Positions 11,248-24,500 of a stretch of DNA of 64,000 nucleotides are shown piece after piece. Below the pieces are notes generated by a model. It did not search any database. It worked only from the letters and a program-made list of their open reading frames with translations, and was not told the DNA's origin. Made by a program: the position numbers and the translations under genes. This DNA is from Phyllobates terribilis (Eukaryota), in the NCBI RefSeq assembly GCF_046119375.1, contig NW_027362761.1:117552001-117616000 (forward strand), read 5' to 3'. Within the stretch, counting starts at the first letter, position 1, and every line of letters starts with the position of its first letter.

Positions 11248-14200
11248 AGCCTCATGCACGTCACTGACAGCGTGGGAAATTCTCCTGCACTCAGCGCTTC
11301 AGCGTGAGAATTCTCCCACGCTGTCAGTGACGTACATGAGGTGAGCTGAGTTCATTGGACATGAGCTCACCTCATGCACGTCACTGACAGCGTGGGAGAA
11401 TTCTCACGCTGAAGCGCTGAGTGCAGGAGAATTTTCCCGCGCTGTCAGTGACGTGCATGAGGTGAGCTGAGTTCATTGGACATGACCTCGGCTCATCTTT
11501 ATGCCGTCACAGCCAGACACTGAGGAGCGCAAGCATGCCTGCGCTTCTCAGTGTCTGCGGGATGACAGGCTGGATGGCAGCTTTCTGCTGCGGTCCAGCC
11601 TGTCATCTCGATGTAGCAGAGCTGGAGCTGTCGTGGGAACCATGGAAAGGTAAGGATGAGGTTGCTTTATTATTTTTCTTTTATTGCAGGAGATCGTTGG
11701 CTTCAGCTGGAATGGGTGTGACGGTAAGTATGGTTTAATTTAGAACAATAAAGAATTGTGTCTTTATTTCAATTAAAGGACTTTATTCTGGGTGTTTGTG
11801 TTTTTTTTTTAACTTTGACTATGTGGTTAGTAATGGGGGTGTCTTATAGACGCCTCTCCATTACTAACCTGGGCTTGATGTCAGCTGGCATTATAAGCTG
11901 ACATCAACCCCAGCCCTATTACCCCCTGCCACCGCATCAGGGCAGCGTGGAAGAGCGAGGCTAAGTGCCAGAATTGGCGCATCCTATGGATGCGCCATTT
12001 CTGGGGCGGCTGACGGCTGGTGTTTCTAGCCTGGGAGGGGGCCAATATTCATGGTACCCTTCCTGGGCTATTAATATCAGCCCCCAGCTGTCTGCCTAGC
12101 CTTTGCTAGCTATTAAAAAAGGGGGGACCCCACGTCATTTTTTTGGGGGGGTCCCCTATTTATATAGCTAGTAAAGGCTAGGTATTCAGCTGGGGGCTGA
12201 TATTAGCAGCCTGGGAAGCTCCGTGGGTATTACCCCCTTCCCAGGCTTCAAACATCTGCCCCAGCCGTCTGCTTAACCTCCGCTAGAGACTAAAATTACG
12301 GGGAACCCCACGCCAATTTTTTTTTTAATAAATCCTTTATTTTAACACTAAATGACAAGTACAGTAAGCAACACTGTCACTGTACTTCTTATATATGTGA
12401 CTGACATGTTTCTATCTATCTAATCTATGTGTGAAGCTCTATTCTTTCTGTTCTAAATTGTCGGGTACCGCTGCTGAATTGCCGGCCGGCTTTCTTAAAG
12501 AGACGGTGCATGAAAACACTATTATTTTTTTAAATAAATGCTTTACACTAAATGACAAGTACAGTAAGCAACACTGTCACTGTGCTTCTTATATATGTGA
12601 CTGACATGTTTCTATCTATCTAATCTATGTGTGATGCTCTATTCCTTCTTGTCTAAATTGTCGGGTACCGGTGTATGCCGCTGATGAATTGCCGGCCGGC
12701 TTTTTTAAAGAGAGCGTCTTCTGAGCAGTTTGTCAGCTTTTGGACACCTTTGAAGGTGTTTTCTATGTGTTTTTGTTTGCCTGCCATTGGTTTTAACGGT
12801 GTTCGACGAACAGTTCGACGAACAGTTCCTCGAACATCCCGGTGTTCGACGAACCGAACCGAACCCGAACACTACGGGGGTGGCTCAACACTAATAGTGT
12901 GACCTAGTTGTCAAGCACTTTCCAAGTGATGCTATCGCCTGGAAAGCGCTTGTCAATCTGCATGCGGAAACGCATGTGAATCCGCATGTATTCTGCAGGA
13001 AAAACGCATGCACAATCTGCATGTACAATCTGCATGCGTTTTTTCTGCCAGGGAGATGCAGAAATGCTGCAGAAATTTTCTGCTTCATTTCTGCATCGTG
13101 GGCACATAGCCTTAAACAACCTTTTAGAATAATCATATTTTTACCACTTTCTTCACCGCCCAATGGTATAAAATTCTATGAGGCACATGTGGTGTCAAGA
13201 TGCTCACTGAAGATGAATTCATTGAGAGCTGTATTTTGTAAAATGACGTCACTTATGGGGGGTTTCTGCTGTTCTGGCATCTCAGGGGCACTAACAATGT
13301 GACATGGCACCCTCAAACAAGTCCAGCAACATCTGAACTCTAATATGGCGCTTCTTCCCTTCTGAGCTTTGCACTGTGCCTTAAAAGTAGTTTTTGACCA
13401 CATATGGGGTATTGGTGTACTCAAGACAAATTGCACTACAAATTTGGGAGTACATTATCTCCTGCTATCCTTGTGAAAGTGAGAAAATTTGGGGCTAAAA
13501 CAACATTTTTGTGGGAAATTTTTATTTTTCATTTTCACAGATCAACGCTTTAAAATTCTGTGAAACACCATTTAGATACATTCGTTGTGGGGTCTAGTCT
13601 CCAAAATGGGGTCACTTGTGGTGAGTTTTTCCACTATTTAGGCACATCAGGGGCTCTCCAAAGGCGACCTGACACTCGCAGACCATTCCATCAAATTATG
13701 CATTCCAAGATGTCACTCTTTCCTTTCTGAGCCCTGCCGTGTGCCCAAACAGTAGTCCCCCCCCCCAGATAAGATGCACACTACACAGCTAGATACATTC
13801 CTTGAGGGATCTAGTTTCCAAAATGGGGTCACTTGTGAGGGGTTTCCACTGTTTAGGCACATCAGGGGCTCTCCAAACGTTCCGAGCTCTGCTGTGCGCC
13901 CAAACAGTAGTTTTCTCCCACATATGGGGTATCAGCATACTCAGGAGAAATTGCACAACACATTTTGTGCTCCATTTACCTTGTGAAAATAAAATAATTT
14001 GGGTCTGAAGTAAAATTTTTGTGAAAAGGGTTAATAAACTTCTTGAATGTGGTTTTGAGCACCTTGAGGGGTGCAGTTTTTATAATGGTGTCACTATTGG
14101 GGAATGTCTGTCACATAGGCCCCTCAAAAGTCACTTCAGATGTGGGGTGTTGCCTAAAAAACATGGCTTTGTAAATTTTGTTGGAAAAATGAGACATCGC

Positions 14201-14599
14201 TGGTCAACTTTTAACCCTTATAACAAAAAAAAAATGATGTTTCAAAAATTGTGCGGATGTAAAGTAGACATGTGGGAAATGTTATTTATTAACTATTTTG
14301 TGTGACATATCTCTCTTACTTAAGGGCATGAAAATGAAAGTTTAGAAAATGATAACTTTTTCACCAAATTTCTGATATTTTCACAAATAAACACAAGTGA
14401 TATCGAATGAATTTCACCACTATAATGAGGTACAATATGTCACAATAAAACAGTCTCAGAATCAGGGGAATCCGTTGAAGCGTTCCAGAGTAATTACCTC
14501 ATAAAGTGACAGTGGTCAGAATTGTACTGAGGGGCATACTTCCTATATGAGGACCGTACAGCCCTGCCGGCCATGTTAGTGACATACTGTCTCCACGCC

Positions 14600-15540
14600 A
14601 TAGAGGGGGCTGGAGTGATATACGGTGAGGCAGGTGCACGCTGGCTACACTGCCACCTCTCAGCCAATCACAGCCTTCTATACGGCGCGCCGTCCGGCAA
14701 GAACAGACCAGTCAAATCACAGTATAGGCTCCGCCCATACGCCAGGGATTCGGCCCCGCCTCCTTGAGAAGCGTGCGCATGCGTCGTGCGGCCCGCGCGC
14801 CTGGCAGTGAGCGAAGTCATGATGGCGGCGGTCAGGCCGTGCTGATGAGACAGCGAAATAACCGTCACCTACAGGAGCGCACATCCGGGCATCTGCGGAC
14901 CGCCCGACACTTTGATCACACCGTTACGGAGCACTAACGGCAGGGAGACAGAGATCGGAAGCCTCGCATCCGGGAAACAGCTCCTCGCCGCTGCTAAGCT
15001 CTACCAGGCCGGAACACCCAGCAGGCAGTGGGACCGGGAGGGTCACACAGCGCCGCCGCCATGCAGATTACTATGAAGACACTGCAGCAACAGACCTTCA
15101 AGATAGAAATCGACAGCGAGGAGACGGTAAGGCTGCGGGCTGGAGGCGGCGCCCTCCTGTGTCTGCACGGTGGAGGCCTGGGCACGGATGACGTGAAGCT
15201 TAGCGCAGCAGCTAGCGGCGGTGGCTGTTGACAGATTCGGGGACTTTTTTTGGGCAATGGCAGTGACAGAGTTAATGGCGAGGAGGGGGGGGTTGGGGCG
15301 ACTATTGCGCGTTCTCGGCCCGTGTTTGCCTGCTGGATGGTGAGCACGTGACTAGGGGGCGTGGCCGTAACTGAGACCACGTGGTCTGCGCGGCAGTATA
15401 TAGTGTGATGTGGCGCGCAGTGCTGGAGAGGAGGCCGAGTGAGCCGGTCAGCTGTTCGCATGCGCTGGGCGTGCCGTACGTGGAGGGCGTACTAGAGGTG
15501 CCTGACAGTCTTGGTGGAGGCCCCCGCATAGGAACATGGC
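14600..15540. promoter_or_regulatory. CpG-island promoter, 5' UTR and start of intron 1 of RAD23B
   Basis: High GC and CpG content around exon 1. CCAAT box (AGCCAATCA ~14661), GC boxes (~14727, 14752-14760), NRF1-type TGCGCATGCG (14774-14783), YY1-like GATGGCGGC (14821-14829). The exact TSS cannot be seen. Confidence 0.8.
15061..15126 (+). CDS. RAD23B: RAD23B coding exon 1 (UbL start)
   Basis: [22 protein letters not shown], followed by donor GTAAGG at 15127. Confidence 0.97.
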
Positions 15541-18500
15541 CTGCTTGGCCCAGAAGACTGTCAGCTCCATCCCAGACTTCTGCTTAAGTAGTAAAGTGCT
15601 GCAGAATGTATAGAAATGAGGATTGTTCTTGTGCAGCACCTCTCATTGGGTGCTGCAGGCCGGACAAGGCCTTCCTCTGAGGCTGGTTACATGGCTGGGA
15701 ATGAGTCAGTGGCTGCATAATAATTTAGGAAGGTTTTTCTGCTTTCATGGATGGTGGTGATGCAGGACTGTTCATGACTCCTGAACTTGACATATGTGAG
15801 GCTGCGAAGTTCAGGAGACCCAGGGCCATTCCATGCTCAGATGTGAAAGCCTTTAACCTGGTCTCCACCCAGCTAGCCTGACAGCTCCTCAGTGTCCCTC
15901 CTCCCTGCTGAGCACTCACACTGCTCAGTACGCATGGACTGGAGGGCTCACGCTGTAGCTGGACACACAACCCGCTCATCCTAATATCAGTACTGTACAC
16001 CCTTTCTGATGTGGATTTAGAGATGAGGGAAAAACAAATGTTAAATGATTTTCGGAAGGAGTTTCCTTATGTAACATGGGAAGCTGATGAGGGTGTAGCT
16101 CCAGGCTGAGGTCTACATTGCATTGTGGTTGTTGACAACCCTGTTATAAATTTGCTAACCCCTTAAGCATGAGCCCTTTTCCCCATATTCCAAGAGCAAT
16201 AACTTTATTTTTTCTTCAGCATTGCCTCCATATGAGTTTTGTTTGTTTTACCACTTGGCATACATAATTTATTTAAATTTAGTTTTGGAGGGCTGATAAT
16301 TGGGGAAAAAACAGCCACTCCACATTTTTGGGCTCCTATTTTAATGACATTCTTGGTGCAGTGCTAGTGACACATTATCTTTTTCCTTTGAGTCAGTATA
16401 ATTACTGTGGTACTACATATGTACAGTTTTAATAGTTTAGCACTACAGGCTTCAAAAGTCACTTTTTTGTCTCCATATTGCAAGGTTTTTTTTTCCCCCT
16501 GCTCGAGGAAAGGCGTATCAGCGACCTATTGGCACCTCCATGCTGTCATCGTCGTGTCTGTAGTAGCACAGAGCAGGATGCTGGCTGTGCCTTTATGCTT
16601 GACTCCGCTATTGAATGATAGCCATTTTTTCGTTTAGAGTTGTGAATTTCTCTGTTCAAATGGAGCCCTGGAATACTTTCCACCGATCATTTTGTTGTCT
16701 ATGGGACTTTAGACAAGCACTGTACTCCAGCTCACCAGTAGTGCCTTAGACGGACCCTGGCCCCTTCCTGAAATAGTCGTTAGTGACACTCATTTCAGGG
16801 TCTGTGTGAGTCATTTTAGACCGGATAACCTCTTTAAGACCAACATTGTGTGCGCCAGTCCTAATAAACGGGACTACAGAGGTAAGATGTGCTTTGAGTA
16901 TCTTAATGACGTAGGCACTTAATGAATTAAGTGCACTTTACAACTGGTGTGGACCTCACCTCTGCTACTTCAGTTGGAATACATTTCTGGCAAAGTTCAC
17001 ACTACTAATTTTGATTGCATGGGTGGATTTAGCCCCGTCCCAACATTGCCCATTTTACCAAAACTGTCAAACCCTGTGTGCATAAGCTCCTTTCAGCTAT
17101 CGGTGAGCATCTAAGGGCCCAGGTAGCCACCGATAGGCGTTACTACTTTGCAACCTCCTGAACACAATACAAAAGTATGAAATGATAATTACACATTAAG
17201 CAGGCCATACACCACTGATATGTCGTTCGAACGCACCTTCCTTCAACTTCGGCCTTTCACAGATAATGCAAGGTCACCTTATGTAATTAGAAGGAAAAGA
17301 TAAGGGAACTCTCACATTGTGTTTAGGCAACTGTTCAGTGGCCCCACAGAACGGCATTCGGACGAATGTGCTGACAGGACCACAGACTACCATGTGTCCG
17401 TCTCCACTAGGTGTACATGCCTGAAAATGATGCACAACAGAGCACACGTTCATTTTGTCGGCACAATTATAGTCTATGGCCCCGTCGACACACATGCCCA
17501 AATCCCCGTTTTGCAGAGGGTTCGGACGTCAGCCCCGACGTGAGCAACTGAACAGATCAGAGTACAAAGTTCATCCATACTGCTTTGTGGTGTACTTATC
17601 CCCAGAGTCCCTGACATCTACAAGTGTGACCTATGTGAGTAGATGGAGCACGTTCCGCCATGTATTGTACGAGTAGGACAATGCGCTGATCTCCCTCCAT
17701 TACAGAGTCAGGCGTTCGCCACTATAGTGAGGCGCACACTAGGTGGGGTGATTTATTCTTTGTGGTACTGATGTATATAGTGTGATTGTGGTGCTATGAA
17801 GCGCGACTCCTTACAGTTGCGATGGGAACAGCATCTAAATGGTGAAGCTCGCTCCAGTCGCTGCTGTTGCAGAGAGATGCCGGCTACGTAACAGCTGACA
17901 TCTGCTGCGAATGGCGTAGACTCAGCTCCTGTGCCCTGCTCATATATAACCTTTAGCAACTTGTGATCAAAATGAATGTCTCGCCTGATAAATCACTGTG
18001 TTCCTCACCGGTCACTTATTGCTGTTGCTGCCATCGTATACTGTTGAGATATTGGACACGGCGGTCACACGGTTAGTCAGGGATGACATTGCTAAAGACA
18101 CAGGAGGCCTGGGACTAACCACCAGAGTGTCAACGTTAGAACAGTGCAGAATTTATATACCGTGTAATGGGTTGTTTAATATTGTATGGCTTTTTTTTTT
18201 TTTTTTAAGCTTGTTACAATTTCTTCTTCTGGGAACCCTTAAATAATAAAACTATTATAGAGGTTGTCCGGGCCTTTTTTTTTTTCCCTCACCTGTGTAG
18301 CTGTGTTCTAATGTACGGATAGTGACTAACTACCTCTCCTCAGGGCACCAATCGTCTCCAGTTGTTAGCGGTCACATGACTGCTCCTGTCGACAGCGGTT
18401 CTTTCACTTCTGCTCTGCACGATCGATGGGGATTACCGCCACCATAATGCTGATTGACAACCAGGTCCTTGCTGTTTTAAACAACAAGAGTGCTGAGAAC

Positions 18501-21500
18501 GGACACATTTTCATTAGAAGAGTTGGCGCATGCGCAGTACAGAAGTCTGTCTGGGGGGAGGGGGGCTAGGAGCAGTCATGGAAGATAAATTGTGAATGTA
18601 GGAGATAAGATGTAACCAGACATACAGGGGGTGGGCAGACAGTATTATCATTGTGTATGTAATAAGTGCAGTACTGCTGGGGATGAAGAGGATAATAAAT
18701 CCCAGAATGCCTCTGATGACACCGATCCAGCCCTGAAACAGCTACTTATAACATAAAATTTGGAGACATGGAAGCACAAATTATCTTGTAAATAAAAAAA
18801 ATAAAATGAGTTCACGGCTTGGAAAACCCCTTTAAAGAAGAACTCCCAATATTTGTTTATGCACTAAACCAGTCTAAATACGTTTTTAGTGTAAGTGCTA
18901 TTAAATACTCGCCGATCGCAATCTAGCCCGGTTTCCAGCTCCTCGTTCTGACCAGGGCTGAGGAGTCGTTAAGACAGACCTCCGACTCCCAACTCCGGCT
19001 CCTCAATTTCCACAACTCAGACTCCCTCATACATGGCTCATGTTTAAGTGATTGAACTACTGTACTCAATTTATTTATATATTTTAGGAGTTGGAGTCAG
19101 TCCATTTTATACCGTCTCCGATTCAGACTCCACTAAAATGGACACCTACTCCACAGCCTTGGTTCTGACGCTGTGTACACTCGCATTGTAAAAGTGACTT
19201 CTAGTCACACACAAGCCCCAGTGTGATCCAGCAAGATGGGATTTCAGTCCCTTGCGTAATATAATGATCGGAGCTGTGCTAGGAACCAGGGAATATGGCG
19301 ACTGGTTAGTTTTTTTTTTTTTTTTTTTTTAATTGCACTTACACTACAATACACATGTATTTAGACAGGTTTAGTGAAGAAAAAAATTATTGGGAATGCT
19401 TCTTTAAAGGGAACCTGTCATGTGAGGAAAAAAAAACCCACTATTGTCCTGCAGGTATGGTATTAATCTGCAGGTTAATAGCATTCTGAAACTGCCCGGC
19501 GCCTGCACTTAGACCCCCTCTACCAGGAGGAAATTAACTTTATTCCCCTCGATAATGTTCGAGTTTGTCATGAAGATGGCGCCAGTGCAGAATCAGTCAC
19601 TGCTTTGCGTAGAGAAAGCGGAGGCTGTAACCGTGCCCACGGCAGTGACTGATGGTTGACCCTAATGCTGAGCTGCTGTCAGAGCCGGAGGTGCAGTGAC
19701 TGGTGCTGCCCCTGTGTTTGGGTTTCAATCACTACCGGGAGGAATAAAGTTAATTTCCTCCCAGCAACAGAGCTCTGTGCAGGCGTTGGACAGGTTCAGA
19801 TCACTATTAACCTGTAGATTAACCCCATATCTGCAGCCTAACAGGATTTTTCATGTGACAGGTTCCATTTAAAGCAGGGGGTCAGACAGACTTGGTGAAA
19901 CTGATGCTGTTTACTTTTTTACAATTGGCTATCCATCACAATTGGGTCGTATACTTGACTTGGAGCTGAACTTCTGTTGTCGGTGATGGTCATTACAGTG
20001 AAAGGAGCTATGCTATTCTGCTCCATACGCCATATACATCCGGCCCCTGATGGCATATAACGTACCTACAAGAATCTCCTCTCTAAATCCATCTCCTTTT
20101 TAACAGGTTAAAGCTTTGAAAGAGAAAATTGAGCAAGAGAAGGGAAAGGATGCATTTCCAGTCGCTGGCCAAAAATTAATTTATGCAGGTAATTACTGGC
20201 ACTGAGGAGTGCAGAATATATCCCACAAATGGACAAGTATTAAACTTTGTAAGGCTGTGTGCCCACTATGAGTTTAAGCGTTTCCGCAGTGGCATTTTTC
20301 CGCTGCAGAAACGCTTAAAAAACACTTGGTAGAAGGCCTGCCATGTTCCCCAATGATAATCCACATGTGCTGTGCACATGCTGCGGAAATTTCCACTGCG
20401 GATTATCATTGTGGAAAAATCTGCAGCACTACCAATTATTTTGCGGAATCGTGGTGTTTTCGCTGCCATTGACCTGCATTGAATCGCATAATATCCGCCT
20501 CACTACATGTGCACATGCGGATATTATGCGTTTCTATGTGTGGATGGTACCCGGGTTTGGAGAAGAGGAGACTCCTCCAGACCCGGGTACCATAGTACCT
20601 GTTAAAAATAAAATACATTATACTTACCTTCTGATGGCCCCCGGTCTCCATAGCGAGACACATCTCGTGTCCAGTGTCTTCGGCGGCTCGCAGTGGTGTG
20701 AAAGGACCTTCCATGACGTCATTTAGTCATGTGATGGGTCACGCGACCGCTGACTAAATGACGTCATGGAAGGTCCTTTCACACCACTGCGAGCTGCCGA
20801 AGACACTGGACGCGAGACCGTACGCAGCGGAGAAAAGACCGTGGGCCATCAAAAGCTAAGTATAATGGGTTTTTTTTTTATTTTTTTTACCATTTTTAAT
20901 CTTTACGGTCACACTATATAAATCCATGCCGGTTGCATGGATTTATATAGTGTGACCAAGTTGTCAAGCACTTTCCAAGTGATGCTAAAATCGCCTGGAA
21001 AGCGCTTGACAACCCGTATGCGGAAATGCATGTGAAAAAAAACTCTTCAATTACGCTTGTCCCTGGCAGGAAAAACGCATGTACAATCCGCATGTACAAT
21101 CCACATTCGTTTTTTCTGCCAGGGAGATGCAGAAACGCTCAGGAAAAAATCCGGAGCATTTCTGCATCGTGGGCACCTAGCCTGAGGCTCTGTTCACACT
21201 AATACCCTGGCTGGGGAAATGAAAGCTATGCTGGTCTGTTGGCAATGAATCCTGACAGACTGCGTTGTGTTTGAATGGCATCCATTAGGTTTCTTTTCAG
21301 GTTCTAGTATTTTTATTGTGACTCCGGTGCTGCAGAATGTGGTGGTCTTGCTATGAAGAATACCAAAAACCCTGACAGGCGAATGTGAACACAGCCTGAT
21401 ATACTTAGGAGGATTTCTTCTGTTCTATTAACCTGTCTGCTTCATTCTAGGAAAAATCCTTAATGATGACACAGCGCTCAAGGAATACAAGATTGACGAT

Positions 21501-24500
21501 AAAAACTTTGTAGTGGTTATGGTGACAAAAGTAAGTTCCTATCTGCACCCTGATAATGTAGGGCAGTGTTTCCCAATTTCCAGTTCTCACGGCCCCCGAC
21601 ATGTTTCAGGATTACTTAGAATTTGCCACAGCTTCTGTGGAATACTGCTACCTTAATGATGCTTCAATCACCGGTGCAATACTAGTGAAATCCTGGAAAC
21701 CTGATCTGCGGGGGCCGTGAGATGGGGAAACACTGATGTAGCTTTACACTGACCTCCCTTCCGTCCACCAGAGAGCTGCTTTATCAGCAATTCTTTTATC
21801 TAGCTAATGTTTAGTGACCCGTAGCCTTCCGATTTATTAATGTAGGCTCATAGACTTACATTGAGAGCTTGTGACCGTTACCTCTGACTTCCGGTCAGTT
21901 AGAAGTTGTGGTCACAAGATGGTGTCGCGGGACCGGAGTGGCACCGGGAAGAGCTGAAGACGTCAGCTGATGTATATAATAGTAGGGTCAGGAAACTTAC
22001 ATTGGTCACACCACTCAGCACTAAATTAATATAAAAAAAAAACACACTGGAGTGATGCTTTAAAAGGGGTTGTCACAGTAACTTTTGATAAACCCCCTCC
22101 CAATATATATTTTCTGCCCACAGACGTTTAAGGACTTGCTTTTTGCGGGTTGTACTTTTGAATGACGCCATTAATTTTTACCACAAAGTGTACTGAAAAA
22201 CGAGGGGAAAAAATTCTAAGTTCGGTGAAATTACAGAAATAAAGCGCCCCCGCAATTCTGACAGTTTCTTGAGAATTGTTCTGTTTACCTTACCTGACAA
22301 TACGATTCTCTTCATCAGTACGGTTATGGCGAGACCAAACTTGTCCAGTTTTTTTTATTAGTTTATTGGTGAATTTGGAAATTTTTGGATTGTGTCACTA
22401 TTTTCCAGAACAAATAATGTTTTAATTTTTTCGGTCGGTAGAGCTGTGTGAGGGCTTCATTTCTGCGGGGCGAGATAACGTTTTTACTGATACCATTTTG
22501 GGATAGACATGATATTTTGATCGTTTCTTGGGCTATGTTCACACAGGTTAGGTTTTGCAGCGTATTCAGCTGCAGATTTTTATGCAAATTTTCAGCTGCC
22601 TCTAGCAGTACCAGCAGAGTCTATGAGAAATCAGAATTCTCTGTTCACCCATGTTTTTTTGCTGCGTATTTTGTGACTTGGCCGTGTATATGGAAACTAG
22701 AGCATGTCACTTTCAGCGTTTTTGCGTATTTGCAGCTTTTTTTCACCCATAGGAAGTAATTGGTGGTCAAAAAAACGCACCAAAACCTGTTTTTTTAACT
22801 TTTCTCTGGCAGGAAAACAGCTACGTTATCAGCAGAAAAAAACACGTGTGTGTGTGAGCATAGCCTTAGGCTGTGTGCCCACGATGCGTTTTTTAAGCTT
22901 TTCCGCAGCGGCAAAAACACTGCAGAAACGCTTAAAAAACGCATGGTAGAAGGCCTGCCATGTTCCCAAATGATAATCCCCATGTGCTGTGCACATGCTG
23001 CTTAAATTTCCACTGAGGATTATCATTGCGGAAAAAAATGCAGCACTACCAATTATTTTGCGGAAGTGCTGCGTTTTTGCCGCCATTGACTTGCATTAGA
23101 CCGCATGGAATCCGCATCACTGTATATGTAGATGCACATTCCATGTGTTCTAATGTGCCGATGGTACCTGGGTCTAGAGGAGAGGAGACTCTCTCCGGAC
23201 CTGGGTACCATAGAAAACTGTAAAAAAAAAAAGAATAGAATAAAATAAAAAATATATACTTACCTTCTGGCGGCCCCCGCTCTCCTCGTCACTTGCCAGC
23301 AGTTCGCGATGTACTGAAGGACCTGCGCTGACGTCATAGTCATGTGACGGGTCACGCGACGCTGACGTCGGCAGGTCCTTCAGTGTACCGCGATCTGCTG
23401 GCAGTTGGGACGGTGAAGCAAGACAGCGCGGGCCATCGGAAGGTAAGTATAGATTTATTTTTTGACATTCTCTCGGGTCACACTATATAAATCCATGCCG
23501 GTTGCATGGATTTATATATTGTGACCAAGTTGACAAGCACTTTCCAAGTGATGCTAAAATCGCTTAGAAAGAGCTTGTCAACCCGCATGCAGAAATGCAT
23601 GTGAAGAACGCGTCACATCCGCATGGCAGGAAAACGTGTTTTTTTTTCTTCCAGGGAGATGCAGAAACGCTCAGAAAAAATCCTGAGCATTTCTGCATCG
23701 TAGGCACATAGCCTTACAGCGGTTTTTGCAGTGACCAAAAAACCCACAGTTTTTGCGGTTTAAATTCTTACCGTTTACAGATGGGACTTTTCTGGACACG
23801 ACGATACCACATATTTTTTTTTTTTTATGGGGGCAAAGGAGGTGATTTGAACTTTTGTTTTTTGAAGGGGTGGGGTTAATTTTTTTTGAAGAAAAAAATT
23901 TTTTACTTTTTTTTTTTTAAGTCCTAATAGGGTACTTGAACACGTACAGCTGATGTTGGTATGGGGTTAAAACTAGTCATACCTTCCTACGCCCCTGTGG
24001 ATCCAGAGCTGGTTGCTATGGAGGTCTGTCTGCCCCTTTTCAGAAGTATGCGTCCCTTCTGGAGCAGCTTGCTCTGGATCCACGGAGGGCGCAGGAAAGA
24101 GAGTACCAGTCCATGCCTAGAAGAAAGCCAAAGAACTGTCAGATACCCTATTCTTGTAGTAGGATCAGGTTCAGCTAGTGATTAGTATGAGTAATTATGA
24201 AACCGGTCCTGAAGGTTGAATTATCAGTAGTAATGTGTTTAGAATATTAGAATATTTATACATGAGACATGCGTATTATTCCCTCAATCCCTCTTTGCTG
24301 CAGTTCACACTGTTGCCCTATGGATTTTCCTTTGCTATAGGTGTGAATATCGAACATGGAATGGCTATGAACTGCTGTGTATGTCATATATATACATTTT
24401 GTATAATCAATCACACATCTAATTTATATTAGATATATTTCTTATATTGCCAAGAGCATCGCATTTGGTATTAAAAAAAAAAAAATAAAATAATAACTTT

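Larger units (their letters stand above)
7393..12893. mobile_element. Non-autonomous hAT element (5.5 kb) with internal cargo
   Basis: TIRs TAGAGATGAGC...GCTCAACACTA; perfect 8-bp TSD ATAGTGTG (7385-7392 and 12894-12901); GTTCG/CGAAC subterminal repeats; no transposase ORF. Confidence 0.88.
6762..13111. mobile_element. Harbinger-type MITE H1, copy 2, split by a hAT insertion
   Basis: TIRs GGCTGGGTGCCCAC / GTGGGCACATAGCC; removing 7393-12901 restores TTTATATAGTGTG|ACC as in copies 1, 3 and 4. Confidence 0.8.
4662..14525. mobile_element. Large non-autonomous Kolobok-type element, truncated and interrupted at 6762-13111
   Basis: Collinear homology with 50092-53585: AAAACGTCATCTTGT arms, GGGGTCACTTGTG/TTAGGCACATCAGGGG subrepeats, and the CATAAAGTGACAGTGGTCAGAATTG end region. 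Confidence 0.7.

Noticed and set aside
9480-11250. Many overlapping ORFs in the array, and its superficial CRISPR-like look
   Set aside because: The ORFs are translations of a GC-rich palindromic tandem repeat on both strands. The segments between repeats are variants of each other rather than unique spacers, there are no cas genes, and the context is eukaryotic.
14994-15461. 155-aa minus-strand ORF overlapping exon 1
   Set aside because: Typical stop-poor CpG-island frame with low-complexity Pro/Arg content and no homology I recognise.
20852-20863. Broken sense donor in the intron 2 MITE as proof of selection against exonisation
   Set aside because: The equivalent donor in the intron 3 copy is intact; with two copies no pattern can be claimed.
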